Sequence record: OK272482.1
DNA length: 64,000 nucleotides
Strand: one strand, 5' to 3'
DNA from: Escherichia phage JLBYU08
Under the pieces are notes generated by a model. It worked only from the letters and a program-made list of their open reading frames with translations. It was not told the origin of the DNA and did no database searches. Made by a program: the position numbers and the translations under genes. This document shows, piece by piece, positions 1 through 9,843 of the stretch (positions are counted from its first letter, which is position 1; every line of letters begins with the position of its first letter).

Positions 1-2
1 TG

Positions 3-74
3 CTGGCACGAGACGATAGTGAAGACCAGAAATTCCTGGTTATTGAACTGAACGGTATTTTTGTAGAACGTTAA
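3..74 (+). CDS. 3' end of an upstream gene (partial, runs off window start)
   Basis: Frame open from window edge to TAA at 72-74; next gene starts 103 with its own SD. Confidence 0.3.
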   Translation: MARDDSEDQKFLVIELNGIFVER

Positions 75-102
75 TTTAAAACAACATAAGGAGACTCTTA
101 CT

Positions 103-408
103 ATGGCTAAATCTAAAGTTGAACTGTTCACCTCTCTTCCTTCTGACACTGCAGAACGTGATCGCCTTCGCAAAACAATCGAAGAACTGGTGGAACTCCA
201 ACTTCAGATTAAAGATCTGAAAGATGCCATCAAGGATATCATTCTTGTTGAGAAGCAGGATCATCTGTATTCTCCTAAATTCATCAAATCTCTGGTGGCT
301 ACCGAGTTCGATATTCGATATGAGGCTGAAAAACGTCGAGCTAAAATCGAAGAAGAGGTTGAGCACATGTCCGAGGCAGACATTCTGTTCAAACGCTCTG
401 TAGAATAA
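103..408 (+). CDS. hypothetical protein, 101 aa, charged/coiled-coil-like
   Basis: ORF with AAGGAG about 9 nt upstream of ATG; followed by hairpin terminator. Confidence 0.6.
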   Translation: MAKSKVELFTSLPSDTAERDRLRKTIEELVELQLQIKDLKDAIKDIILVEKQDHLYSPKFIKSLVATEFDIRYEAEKRRAKIEEEVEHMSEADILFKRSVE

Positions 409-417
409 TGACAAAGA

Positions 418-441
418 GAGGGGCTTGGGCCCCTCTTTTTA
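418..441 (+). terminator. rho-independent terminator
   Basis: GAGGGGC-TTGG-GCCCCTC stem-loop followed by TTTTT. Confidence 0.7.
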
Positions 442-463
442 CTATCTATGAAGGAGATTTGAG

Positions 464-790
464 ATGGGTATACCGATCACTGTAAAAGAATTGAATGAAC
501 GTGATGCAGGCGGTCTATGGCCTGCACGAAAAATACGCTGTGTCTACATGAAAGAGAATCTTGAACATCTTGATCAACAGATCAAGGTCGGTGATATTTT
601 CGAGGTCTTCTATTCCAATCGTCGCAACTGGGAAACCATTCAACCTTCTGGTTTTGTTCTTGCCAAACTTGACACTGGAGAAGTGATTATCCCAGGGTTG
701 GATATTGTCTTCGAAATTATCCAGGAGTGGGATCCGGATAAGATTAGATACGAAGAGTTATTCGGTAAAGGTATTATCAAACCTGCGTGA
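464..790 (+). CDS. hypothetical protein, 108 aa
   Basis: ORF; GAAGGAG SD upstream of ATG. Confidence 0.6.
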   Translation: MGIPITVKELNERDAGGLWPARKIRCVYMKENLEHLDQQIKVGDIFEVFYSNRRNWETIQPSGFVLAKLDTGEVIIPGLDIVFEIIQEWDPDKIRYEELFGKGIIKPA

Positions 791-1098
791 GGTGGATTAT
801 GTCTACAAAGGCGGCTAAATACTCCTACATGCCATCAACCTCTGCAGAGGTAGACTTTAGTTTCGATGTGTTTCCACTGTTTGAGGTGGTTCTGGCATAC
901 CCAACAATACTATCTACTCCCGAATCACTTGTGCCTGTTAAGTTGCAGAACGCTATGCATTCTATGCACTACAACAATAAATGTAGGCACAGATGGTGTC
1001 AGGACGGGGAAAAAGATCTGGATAGTTTGAGAGATTTTGACAGTCACCTTTTGACACCTTTCAGCTACTCCAACCTTGATAAGCCCTCGTGGGTATAG
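787..1098 (+). CDS. hypothetical protein, 103 aa
   Basis: ORF overlapping stop of previous gene; GAGGTGG SD. Confidence 0.5.
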   Translation: MRWIMSTKAAKYSYMPSTSAEVDFSFDVFPLFEVVLAYPTILSTPESLVPVKLQNAMHSMHYNNKCRHRWCQDGEKDLDSLRDFDSHLLTPFSYSNLDKPSWV

Positions 1099-1122
1099 CA
1101 AAATATCAAATTTAAGACACCT

Positions 1123-1149
1123 AGGACGCTCTGTGGCGTCCTTTTCTTT
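1123..1149 (+). terminator. rho-independent terminator
   Basis: AGGACGC-TCTGTG-GCGTCCT stem-loop followed by TTTTCTTT. Confidence 0.6.
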
Positions 1150-1311
1150 ATCTAGTGCACGATTGCATACCTTGGACAGGTAATCTCATTACAGAGCGTT
1201 TAAGAGCTTTCTGCAAACAACTCCATATTTCGAGCGTAGCGAGAACGCACGTCCGTTTTGACCCAAATCACCATACGCTCGGATTTTAACCAAACCCTCG
1301 CGGCGTTTCTG

Positions 1312-1340
1312 TTGACACATTACCGCCCTCGTGATATTAT
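1312..1340 (+). promoter_or_regulatory. sigma70-like promoter (TTGACA-17-TATTAT)
   Basis: Consensus -35 hexamer and near-consensus -10 with 17-bp spacer, downstream of terminator and upstream of next ORFs. Confidence 0.5.
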
Positions 1341-1372
1341 CCACACATCGTTTAGAGAATATAGGATACACA

Positions 1373-1462
1373 ATGAGAACATTGTCCGAAGTTTTAGTGG
1401 TGATCCTGATGATCATTACGTCCATAGCGGCTGTTGCCGGAATACTCACGGGTGGAACATGA
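1373..1462 (+). CDS. small hydrophobic protein, 29 aa (MRTLSEVLVVILMIITSIAAVAGILTGGT)
   Basis: Short ORF below the ORF-track cutoff; AGGA SD; ATGA overlap with next gene. Confidence 0.35.
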   Translation: MRTLSEVLVVILMIITSIAAVAGILTGGT

Positions 1463-1671
1463 TCAACACACCTGTATCTGAAGAGACATTCAAAGAAGTG
1501 ACCATATGTCCCTTGGCTGAGCCAGGGAAAGAGGAAAACTTCGATTCTGAAGATTCTCCATCTTCGCTACAGGTAGATCCTGAGGCTGATGACCTGACGT
1601 GGGAGGACATCGTAGATATCTGGTTCTCTATTATGCCTGAGCACGAAGAGTTCAGGGGTGGTAGACTATGA
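1459..1671 (+). CDS. acidic hypothetical protein, 70 aa (start trimmed from ORF 1258..1671)
   Basis: In-frame ATG with GGTGGA SD, coupled to preceding small ORF; upstream part of the track ORF overlaps terminator and promoter. Confidence 0.5.
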   Translation: MINTPVSEETFKEVTICPLAEPGKEENFDSEDSPSSLQVDPEADDLTWEDIVDIWFSIMPEHEEFRGGRL

Positions 1672-1791
1672 AGCACCGAGCACACACAGGTTCCTCATGC
1701 TAAAGCATGGCCTGAAGAGGCAAACGTGCATAATTCCTGTGCATTGTGACGTATAAAACCCGTCCACACTCTCATTTTCAGAGGAGATTTC

Positions 1792-2007
1792 ATGAAGATA
1801 GAAATATTTGGTGGAGCTGACAACACTCGTGGCCTGATTTACCTTGAATTCGATGAATCATACCTGCCAGAGGTGTTAAATATAGACTCTGTTGCGGAGG
1901 CTTTGGGAGTAAACCCTAAAGAACTCCACTCTTGTGCTGAGATCGATGGTTGGGAAGAGACCATGAACATTGATTTCAGTGAAGTAGAGGATGAACCGCT
2001 GGACTGA
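1792..2007 (+). CDS. hypothetical protein, 71 aa
   Basis: ORF with GAGGAG SD. Confidence 0.5.
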   Translation: MKIEIFGGADNTRGLIYLEFDESYLPEVLNIDSVAEALGVNPKELHSCAEIDGWEETMNIDFSEVEDEPLD

Positions 2008-2772
2008 CACACAATTAGCTGCCCGGCTAAAGTGCTGGAAGCACCTATAACACATCTTTCAACTAAATTTCCTACAACCACAATCACTTACCTCCCACAC
2101 ATGACTGTTTGCTTGTTTAGTGAGCAGTCATGCCTTGACATTCTTGCCTATCCTGATAAAATTAAGTTCTTCTCTTTTCTTTTACCGAGTAATTCGGGTT
2201 TTCTGTTCTCTTCGGTTTGAAGGGGTATGGAGATACACCTGAGTGAACAGGGTGAACAACCGAACATTTGGCTATGGCATTAGCATGGCGAAGCGGACGG
2301 GTGACGAAAGAGGGGCCGGAGGACACCAGTCACTGCCATATGATATATGGGTGATAACCTGAAGAGTCTGAATAAGTGTTTAAGTACCAGTCAGAGGAAA
2401 AGGTGAATGGTAGCCGAAGGGGGAGGGGGGGTTTCTTGTATCTTTAATTTGTATATTATGTATACACTTGTAAACCAATCTCATTTGAATTTGTTTACCA
2501 CACAAAGGGGATAGAGACAAATATTATCTATTAAACTTGAATTATTTATAGAAAATACCACAACACCACTTAAGTCTTTGATTTTACACACAAATCCTAC
2601 AGATATTCACCCTCCATATTTAACATACCTGTAACATATTCCATACCCTACCTGTCTGATCAATTCACCCAACCACACCCTCCATATTTTCCCTGTCTGT
2701 ACCACCCCTGCCCCGCCGGGAGTCCCGTCATATCTGGCTTTCCAGCAAATATCACACCCACAAATATCATTG

Positions 2773-2900
2773 CCTGAAGAGGGTTTCATCCCATAATACC
2801 TGCCTTACCTGAAGAGCGCTTCATATACCCCGTAAATTTTTTTAATTGACCTCCTCCCCGCCGCCGGAGGGGTCGGCTTTTCCCACACAGGCCTGAAGAG
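2773..2900. repeat. three copies of the 9-mer CCTGAAGAG within 130 bp
   Basis: Exact 9-mer at 2773, 2808 and 2892 in a coding-poor region. Confidence 0.5.
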
Positions 2901-3537
2901 TCAGCCAGAAATATTTGAACAGGTCCAGTTATACCACGATTTTGACCTGACCGACAGGGAGGCCCGAAGGGTCTAGCTTTCAGCTAGAGTCCTTGCAGGA
3001 CCTACAGGAGCGCTGCCAGGCGGACGAAATGGGAATACTTCTCATTCTTATAACAATTCTCAAATATCAAGGCAGTGAGGCAAATTAATAGGTGAGGCCG
3101 TTCACATAGTGGCACAACATTTGCAATCTATTTTGTGTGGGGGAATGAGAATACATATCATTGTGAGAACCATTATCATTACGGGCAATTTAACATAATA
3201 CCCATTATACGCACCACTGACGATACATACAGGGATTGATAACATGGGTTACTGTTTACGCATATAACAATTATATTTCTTACTATTTGTGTGGGATATA
3301 GTTAGCAGCCGATAGATTAGATATTGACCTGCGGACTTCTGACCGTCTAGACGTCTAAACGCCCACACAACAAGGCTTATACATACATCGCTGAATGTAA
3401 ACAGGGCCGCAAAAATGCTACCATACCAGATTGTAAATTTTTCATGCAGCACTTGACAAAGAGGAGAAAAACTTGTCTGACACAATATGACATACTGGGC
3501 ACATTAAACACACTTTAGACTTAATTGACATGCCTGA

Positions 3538-3660
3538 CTGTTTACGCTGTCACTATTCACGCTATTACTATTCACTCCCTTTACTGTTCACGCTCTTACT
3601 GTTTACATGCTTAATGGTTTACATGCTTAATATACTGCATGTCTAATAGTTTACATAGCT
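3538..3660. repeat. iteron-like array of 7-8 short direct repeats (TGTTTAC / TATTCAC / TGTTCAC), 14-16 bp period
   Basis: Directly visible tandem degenerate repeats; no ORF. Confidence 0.6.
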
Positions 3661-3684
3661 AACTATTTATACAGATATGATAAG

Positions 3685-3901
3685 CCATGCCATTCGTTTG
3701 CATGTTAATAATTTATGACATAATATAAAAGCAGGGCAACTATTAGCAGATCTATAGTTGCCTTGCTTGTCATGTCATGATTAACTAAATACAAGGCAAC
3801 TATGATCTGATTAATAGTTTGCAGACAAACTATCACGGGGGTGATGGTTACTGCTTTTATATTATGTCGCGACTCCGTCGCGCCATGCCATTCGTTTGCA
3901 T
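3685..3901. repeat. palindromic element: 19-bp direct repeats flanking an 18-bp inverted repeat pair and inner hairpins
   Basis: CCATGCCATTCGTTTGCAT at 3685-3703 and 3883-3901; GACATAATATAAAAGCAG at 3717-3734 inverted at 3851-3868; inner GGCAACTAT/ATAGTTGCC hairpin around a BglII-like AGATCT centre. Confidence 0.6.
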
Positions 3902-4516
3902 AGTTGCCTTATTGTTACAGATAAAATAATTGTATTGTTAATTATTTCTTATCTTTCTCTTAGTCATCTAATGATTCCAGTTAGTATAGTAATGTACAGT
4001 AAACATTAGACGACTAAAGATTTATATGCTTATAATAACTTACAGTGACAATTTCGGACTGTTTACGAAAAATGTTGACACCTGAGCCGATTTATGTTAT
4101 GCAGTTTACACGAATAATTATTTTATGCAGGTATTGACTATTCCGTTATTCCATGGTTGGAATAAATACTTAGCAGTCTATAGAATGGTGACGCTACGTG
4201 AATTCTGGAATTTAGTGGCTATAGTTATACTCGATTTTTCACGTAGAACACGCTTTTGTTAGTGTGTAAGTGTATGACTTATAAAGATTTTTAGTTGTTG
4301 ACAAGATACTGAAGATATGCATCAGGTTAAATTTTGTGCAATAGCGGCATTACGTGCAATTTTGGGAGAGAAAACGGGCAAAAATGGCCTTGCTACCACA
4401 CAATGAAAAATTATGCAATAGTTATTTTCCATGTATATTTGTACAGTGTGTGGGATTAATGGCTAGTCAATTATTCCACTTGCCAGGTAGGGCCGTTTAT
4501 GGTAGGAGAAGAGCAG

Positions 4517-4543
4517 ACAAAAAGAAAGGGGCCTAAGCCCCTT
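4517..4543 (-). terminator. rho-independent terminator at end of leftward block
   Basis: On minus strand: AGGGGC-TTAG-GCCCCT hairpin followed by TTCTTTTT. Confidence 0.6.
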
Positions 4544-4561
4544 GATAATTCAGTTAAAAAA

Positions 4562-4981
4562 TTATAATGATTCGTATATTTCAAAAATCCGATTTGCCAG
4601 GTCGTTACGGTAGCGGAATTTTTCCTCACGTTTGATCATAAGATCTTTATAGCCGTACTCTTTAAGCACTTCATTAACTTTATGGCGGCATACTTTCATA
4701 TTATCCTGCGCGTCACCAATAAATCTGTTGCTATGGTGCATGGCTTTAATTTCTTCTTCCAGGACCAGGGCAACTATGCGGACCGGATCAAGCTGATAGG
4801 CGGTAACATCCATGCGGCATTGTAGACGGCTTTTAACGTCCGCCACCGGATATACTGCAACCTCTTCCCCGTCAACATTGACAATAATTAGTTTACCATC
4901 GATTTCGAATCCTTTCGCCGCCGGACCGTGACAAAAAGCGTTATCAAAGCTATATGCCGGATTATCAGATTTAATGTTCAT
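4562..4981 (-). CDS. hypothetical protein, 139 aa
   Basis: ORF with GAGAGG SD; terminator downstream. Confidence 0.6.
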   Translation of the reverse strand: MNIKSDNPAYSFDNAFCHGPAAKGFEIDGKLIIVNVDGEEVAVYPVADVKSRLQCRMDVTAYQLDPVRIVALVLEEEIKAMHHSNRFIGDAQDNMKVCRHKVNEVLKEYGYKDLMIKREEKFRYRNDLANRIFEIYESL

Positions 4982-5127
4982 GGTGTTTTTTTACCTCTCA
5001 GTTAATTTTCTTACAACTTCCCTTCAAAAAAGAATATAGCAAAACTGCCGATCCCTGTCAACCAAGGATAGCATAATTTTTATGTGATCAAGGGGCTTTA
5101 TTGCCCCTGACCATGTAACTTGTTGTA

Positions 5128-5391
5128 TTATTTGTTGCTCATCCAGTTTTCCCAAGCTGCCTGATAATCTGCCTCACTACGGCGGATCTCTTCTTGTTCT
5201 TCAAGTCGGATCTCTTCTTCCAGGTACCCCAAGATGTCAGCCTTTTTGGTCTGGCGTAGCATCCAGTCATCTTTTTTGCGGGTAAAGATCTTATAAGCTT
5301 TCTCGCAAACCTCTTTTTTGCTACCTTTCTGGACTTCCAGAACACGATAAGCCATATATTGAACTAGTTTGAGCTGGTCAAGACGTTTCAT
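5128..5391 (-). CDS. hypothetical protein, 87 aa, basic
   Basis: ORF with AAGAGGA SD. Confidence 0.6.
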   Translation of the reverse strand: MKRLDQLKLVQYMAYRVLEVQKGSKKEVCEKAYKIFTRKKDDWMLRQTKKADILGYLEEEIRLEEQEEIRRSEADYQAAWENWMSNK

Positions 5392-5453
5392 GATGTTTTT
5401 CCTCTTTATGTGGTTTTTGTTTAGTGGGCCTTTTGGCCCGTGTCATTATCTTA

Positions 5454-5726
5454 TTACTTACGGCGGCAGAATTCAAGCGTTTTTAATTGATAATCTTCCT
5501 CAGCCTGGAGTACAACCGCCTCGATCATTTCGTTGGCATTGTTGAAGCCATACCCTTTAGCGAACTCATCCGCACCACCTTCGTGATCATGTTCTGCGTT
5601 CATCGCTTCCACGAAATGGAATTCAAGATTATTGAGATAAGGGCTTGATGTTCCGTCCTCTTTTTCGATGAGATCCCAAATAGCATTAAAACGTGATTCG
5701 ACTTCTTGATTAATCCAGCTTGACAT
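5454..5726 (-). CDS. hypothetical protein, 90 aa, acidic
   Basis: ORF with AGAGGAAAA SD. Confidence 0.6.
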   Translation of the reverse strand: MSSWINQEVESRFNAIWDLIEKEDGTSSPYLNNLEFHFVEAMNAEHDHEGGADEFAKGYGFNNANEMIEAVVLQAEEDYQLKTLEFCRRK

Positions 5727-5945
5727 AATGTTTTCCTCTCTTCTGGTTGTTGTGTGGGCACTTTTGCCCCTTCAAGATAAATGTTACCCCACCACCTGGC
5801 AGATGTCAACGGTTTTTATAGTTCTTATATGACAGGCAGGCCCGGTGATTGTCTCCCCCTGTTCCCAAGTGCCGCCCGTTTAATAAGAATAGCAAAAGGG
5901 GCCGAACAAGTCAACCCCCAAAATCAGTACCAAAACACTTTTTAT

Positions 5946-6257
5946 TTATACGGTCCGATCATTGGCCTTTGTCCAGGACCTGGCGATCCGTTTCCCGGTC
6001 ACCTGGAACGGAGACTGCATTGTGTGTAAGGAGTCCAGCGTAAGGGAGGACCGTTTACGGCGTATCTTCAGGATCGCTAACGTATTGTCCATCTCACGGC
6101 CAGGCCCTGGGCGGTATGGTGTGCCTCCAGCGTTAAGGTTGATGATCTCATGTATTGAGATCCGGCGTTGTTTTGCTTCCGCATCTTTGAAGATAGCCAG
6201 CGGAGGAGCTATGCGTTGCCGATACCAATCTAAAACGGTTGGCGTAATAGCGATCAT
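5946..6257 (-). CDS. hypothetical protein, 103 aa
   Basis: ORF; ATGA overlap with upstream gene. Confidence 0.45.
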   Translation of the reverse strand: MIAITPTVLDWYRQRIAPPLAIFKDAEAKQRRISIHEIINLNAGGTPYRPGPGREMDNTLAILKIRRKRSSLTLDSLHTMQSPFQVTGKRIARSWTKANDRTV

Positions 6258-6445
6258 ATTTTACCCCCTATGTAGTCCGGTCGGTTTTTCTCTGTCATGC
6301 GCTTAAGCAATTCTTGCATATGGCTGATAGCTTGTAGCGTGTCTTCTTCCAGGCTTGAATCTACATAATCAGGATCGTCTATGACCTTTCTATGATTATG
6401 ATAACGCAGTACCGCCAATACCTTTCTAACTTGTTCAGTATTCAT
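6254..6445 (-). CDS. hypothetical protein, 63 aa
   Basis: ORF coupled (ATGA) to downstream gene. Confidence 0.5.
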   Translation of the reverse strand: MNTEQVRKVLAVLRYHNHRKVIDDPDYVDSSLEEDTLQAISHMQELLKRMTEKNRPDYIGGKI

Positions 6446-6461
6446 TTTACATCTCCCTTAC

Positions 6462-6752
6462 TTATTGTTGGCGGTTTACGTAAGCTTTACCGTTTACGGT
6501 GATGGGCAGATCTTCCAGGTCTGGATCTTCCTTAAGGTCGCGAGCAAGCTCACCGCACCGGATACCCTCAAATCCGTAGTACTCTGTTGTACCGTCATTA
6601 AAAGTTTTAGTGGCAAGGCATAAGCGATAAGTAACCCCGATTCGATTGACGGCATGAATATCCGTTAGATTAACCTCTTTTGCCAGCTCATTAGCCATTG
6701 CAGGCGCACTAAGTCCAACAACCAGGGCAACCACTGCGATCATCTTTTTCAT
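6462..6752 (-). CDS. secreted or periplasmic protein, 96 aa, N-terminal signal peptide
   Basis: MKKMIAVVALVVGLSAPAMA signal-like N-terminus; AAGAGGA SD. Confidence 0.65.
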   Translation of the reverse strand: MKKMIAVVALVVGLSAPAMANELAKEVNLTDIHAVNRIGVTYRLCLATKTFNDGTTEYYGFEGIRCGELARDLKEDPDLEDLPITVNGKAYVNRQQ

Positions 6753-6843
6753 TGTGTCTATCCTCTTTCTGCTACGTTTAAGGCGGCGGTAACCGCCTGT
6801 TTATGCTTTGTTGGTTAATTTTCGGGTATCGGTATAAATTAAA

Positions 6844-7059
6844 CTATGCTGTACGCTCAACTATAACAACGGTTTGGGGGATCTCCCCTTCCACCACTAG
6901 TAAGGCCTTTTTCTGCGTGATAGATATCTTTACCCGTTGCAGCGTGGCGGTGAAGTCTTTCATTTCGTCACGCGGTGTTTTAGTGCAGTACCAGATCTCA
7001 GGCTTGCCGATCTGTAAGTTGCGTAAAAATTCTGTTTTGCCTGTTTTGTTAGTGATCAT
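6844..7059 (-). CDS. hypothetical protein, 71 aa
   Basis: ORF with GGTGAGG SD. Confidence 0.5.
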   Translation of the reverse strand: MITNKTGKTEFLRNLQIGKPEIWYCTKTPRDEMKDFTATLQRVKISITQKKALLVVEGEIPQTVVIVERTA

Positions 7060-7062
7060 TTG

Positions 7063-7173
7063 CCAACCTCACCCGATACCGTTGGAAGACAAGATCATAT
7101 TAGACATGGTTGCAATCAGGCCAATACCCAGGGCAATAACCAAGATCACTGCATCGATTAATTTCTGTTTCAT
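7063..7173 (-). CDS. small membrane protein, 36 aa
   Basis: Hydrophobic short ORF below ORF-track cutoff, in intergenic gap. Confidence 0.3.
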
Positions 7174-7250
7174 AGTGTTTATTCTCTTCTGTTAGTAACC
7201 TTATTCATGGGGCCGCTACCACAGCCCCAGGGTAAGGCGGCTATGTGCTT

Positions 7251-7496
7251 TTAGTGTTTCATTCCAACCATCGCGGCACGGATCGCCGTAGTGCTGTACT
7301 TGAAGCCGTCCGGGGTCTTATCTTGTCCGGTTAGCTCCAGAAAAAGCATCATATCCCGCGCCGCATCATTACGATCAGCATTAGCGTTAATAAATCCTTG
7401 GGCCAACCGGTACAATGACTCATCGTTATTAATCCAAAGGCTTACATTCCAATGAGTTTTGTTTTTGTAACCGTTATAACCTTTATTGCTTTTCAT
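7251..7496 (-). CDS. hypothetical protein, 81 aa
   Basis: ORF with AAGAGG SD. Confidence 0.55.
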   Translation of the reverse strand: MKSNKGYNGYKNKTHWNVSLWINNDESLYRLAQGFINANADRNDAARDMMLFLELTGQDKTPDGFKYSTTAIRAAMVGMKH

Positions 7497-7587
7497 GGTG
7501 TTTACCTCTTCTTTGTTCCGGGTGGCGGATCATTCCACCACCTTATGTATTATGCTTTGTTAGATGGTTGTTTGTTGTCAAACTATT

Positions 7588-7767
7588 TTAACGATAATCA
7601 TCGTACGCTTTATTAACCTGGCGAATATAACATTCAAAAGCTAGATCAATAGATTCATATTCACGGATATACTCACCATAGGAAACCACATACATTTCTA
7701 TAACTTCCTCATATGCGAGGAGAATAGAATCTAAGCCTACGATCTCGGTCTTTGCAATAATAGCCAT
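7588..7767 (-). CDS. hypothetical protein, 59 aa
   Basis: Short ORF with AAGAGGA SD, not in ORF track. Confidence 0.45.
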   Translation of the reverse strand: MAIIAKTEIVGLDSILLAYEEVIEMYVVSYGEYIREYESIDLAFECYIRQVNKAYDDYR

Positions 7768-7843
7768 GATTTTTTATCCTCTTTGTGGTTGGTGGGGCTT
7801 GTTGCCCCCTTTGATTTATATACTACAGTTTTATATGGTCATG

Positions 7844-8077
7844 TCAACTATTTTCAAAAAATTTTTCTGCTGTAATATTTTTCCCGGTAGGGTTCGCTAC
7901 TTTCAAAATTTTATCATGCACTGGACGCCCAAAAGAATAAGCGCCGTACACAGTGCACCAATAATCGCCGTCAGGCTGTACTATTACAGCCGCATAGGGT
8001 ACGCCTTTTTCGTTTTTGCTGACAAAATAGATCACGTTGCCATTAATAGCCTCGGCGCGTTTAATTTGTTCCATCAT
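7844..8077 (-). CDS. hypothetical protein, 77 aa
   Basis: ORF with AAGAGAGG SD. Confidence 0.55.
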   Translation of the reverse strand: MMEQIKRAEAINGNVIYFVSKNEKGVPYAAVIVQPDGDYWCTVYGAYSFGRPVHDKILKVANPTGKNITAEKFFENS

Positions 8078-8132
8078 GATGATTTGCCTCTCTTTATTTT
8101 CATAATTGGGGGCCTTTTCGGCCCCGCCAGGT

Positions 8133-8417
8133 TTATTTATTGATAGCGTGCAGCGGGAAAGGTACGCCAGGTTGATAGATAACTTTTACAACCTCATCAG
8201 AGCAAAAGAAATTACAAAATTCACCCTGATAAGCCTCATCCTCTTTTAATTCTTCATCAACATACTGGAAAAAGTAGTCAATGCTTGGATAATCCTGACC
8301 GGGATTATATTCAACCATGGTTAATAACAATTCTTGATCATTCCGTATGATATGCATACCAGCTTTTAAGTATTTGGCTTCCATTTCTACTACATCGCCA
8401 ACGGTAACAATAGCCAT
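8133..8417 (-). CDS. hypothetical protein, 94 aa, acidic
   Basis: ORF with TAGGAG SD. Confidence 0.55.
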   Translation of the reverse strand: MAIVTVGDVVEMEAKYLKAGMHIIRNDQELLLTMVEYNPGQDYPSIDYFFQYVDEELKEDEAYQGEFCNFFCSDEVVKVIYQPGVPFPLHAINK

Positions 8418-8622
8418 GGTTTTAACTCCTATCTATCCGGTTAATGATTGGAGGCCTCACCGCCCCCGACACCCTTTATTATCCATATTGTAGGACTTGA
8501 TGCAAGTACTTCTTTAAAAATTTTTTAAGCGCCTTGGGGGCCGCTGTAACGCCAAAATAATAAAGGCTATGCAACCGCATAGCCTTTATGTGATTATATC
8601 GCTGCAGGCCCTGCCAGGGACC

Positions 8623-8973
8623 TTATTTTGCATTCTTTCCTATATTGCCGCTACGGTACCAGCGTTTACGGTGAAAATGGTAATAATCACCATCGGCATT
8701 GAACATCAGATGATTTTCAATAACCAGCTTACGAAGGTGGGCCGGATCTTGTTCCATTCTTGCCAGATTCTGGCGGCTGTTACGTAAGCGGATAAATTCT
8801 ATATTCAGGCCGTTGATTGCAGCATGGATGTCAAAGTAACCACCTTTGAGACGTTCACGCATGGCGTTAAGCTCAACACAATATACAGATTTCTCACAAA
8901 TCAAGGTATTAGCCAGGGCGCGGACCTGGGCAAGGGGGTTAAGCTCATTAAGGTAATATAGTTTTACTTTCAT
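8623..8973 (-). CDS. hypothetical protein, 116 aa
   Basis: ORF; weak SD. Confidence 0.5.
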   Translation of the reverse strand: MKVKLYYLNELNPLAQVRALANTLICEKSVYCVELNAMRERLKGGYFDIHAAINGLNIEFIRLRNSRQNLARMEQDPAHLRKLVIENHLMFNADGDYYHFHRKRWYRSGNIGKNAK

Positions 8974-8990
8974 AAAATCACCTGCTGAAA

Positions 8991-9290
8991 TTAGTTTGAG
9001 AAAACATCGTTCACAATAGCGATCACAATGCCGCCCACCTTGTCACGGTCAACAATGCACAAATCACCATAGATCATGTGGTAGTCTGGATGATCTTTGA
9101 CGGAATAGTCGATAAGTGTTTTCTTGTCATCCAGCTTACTAACTTCCATTCTCATAACGATATGAGAATCATCAAAGGCATTATTCCGAAAAGTCATAAC
9201 CTGACCGCCAGGGCACCCGGTGATTTCCACCTCCACGCCGTCTACGATCTGACCATCAAAGAAATAAAGATTATTAGCCTGGATAAACAT
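8991..9290 (-). CDS. hypothetical protein, about 100 aa (start moved to ATG after AAAGGAG)
   Basis: Track ORF starts at GTG; AAAGGAG SD sits in front of the in-frame ATGs. Confidence 0.55.
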   Translation of the reverse strand: MFIQANNLYFFDGQIVDGVEVEITGCPGGQVMTFRNNAFDDSHIVMRMEVSKLDDKKTLIDYSVKDHPDYHMIYGDLCIVDRDKVGGIVIAIVNDVFSN

Positions 9291-9332
9291 GATCATTACT
9301 CCTTTTTGCACTGATTATTTTAACAAGGTTTA

Positions 9333-9378
9333 AATTTACTTTATTGATGGCCCTGGAGTCAAGGCCATCTAAAAATAA
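9333..9378 (-). promoter_or_regulatory. repeated promoter-hairpin element copy 1 (TTGACT in hairpin loop, then TAAATT)
   Basis: One of three near-identical 44-bp elements; 7-bp stem GATGGCC/GGCCATC; lies upstream of gene 8991..9290. Confidence 0.5.
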
Positions 9379-9381
9379 ATT

Positions 9382-9582
9382 TTACAGGCCTACAATCTCT
9401 TTAATTCGTTTTACTGCTGCCTCAGCGCCTTGAGGGTAAAAATTATGGTAACCAATCACGCGAGTGATACTAATCGCCGTTTGATGATCTTCATAATCAC
9501 CTTTAAAGATTTCTTGACCGTCAATCAGCACGGCAATTTTTTCTTCTTTTTTGAAGTTAATAACGCGGATATTGTTGCTCAT
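9382..9582 (-). CDS. hypothetical protein, 66 aa
   Basis: ORF with AAAGGAGAA SD. Confidence 0.6.
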   Translation of the reverse strand: MSNNIRVINFKKEEKIAVLIDGQEIFKGDYEDHQTAISITRVIGYHNFYPQGAEAAVKRIKEIVGL

Positions 9583-9680
9583 TTTGTTTCTCCTTTTGGA
9601 ACTTTGTCTATGCGGTGGGGAGTGTCTCCCCGTTGATTGTTATTATCCATATTCTGGATCGGATTGCAACACTCAGGGAG

Positions 9681-9720
9681 AAAAAAATTTGAAAAGTTAG
9701 GCCCCCATGATCGGGGGGCC
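9681..9720 (-). terminator. rho-independent terminator
   Basis: On minus strand: GGCCCCC-loop-GGGGGCC hairpin followed by T-rich run. Confidence 0.55.
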
Positions 9721-9723
9721 GTT

Positions 9724-9843
9724 CTTAGTTACTTACAGCGATAAAGTACATCCCTACGCCTAGCAATATTTCAAGGGCGATAATCTCAAGCCATACCATA
9801 ACGCGGCGCACCTTATCGGTGCATGGCTTATCCTTGGTTGTCA
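9724..9843 (-). CDS. small membrane protein, 39 aa
   Basis: Hydrophobic short ORF not in ORF track. Confidence 0.3.

Noticed and set aside
1189-1449. 86-aa minus-strand ORF in the left block
   Set aside because: Overlaps a plus-strand promoter, a small coupled ORF and the SD-supported gene 1459..1671; the surrounding block is rightward.
2032-2220. 62-aa plus-strand ORF after gene 1792..2007
   Set aside because: Low-complexity Ser/Thr/Phe/Leu-rich translation and no SD; likely non-coding.
2220-4350. Possible CRISPR array in the repeat-rich region
   Set aside because: Repeats are short, degenerate and irregularly spaced, without identical 25-40 bp repeats separating unique spacers.
4354-4536. 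60-aa plus-strand ORF at the edge of the non-coding region
   Set aside because: No SD; overlaps the terminator of the leftward block; composition unlike neighbouring genes.
7766-8143. 125-aa plus-strand ORF
   Set aside because: Overlaps two SD-supported minus-strand genes in a block that is otherwise uniformly leftward.
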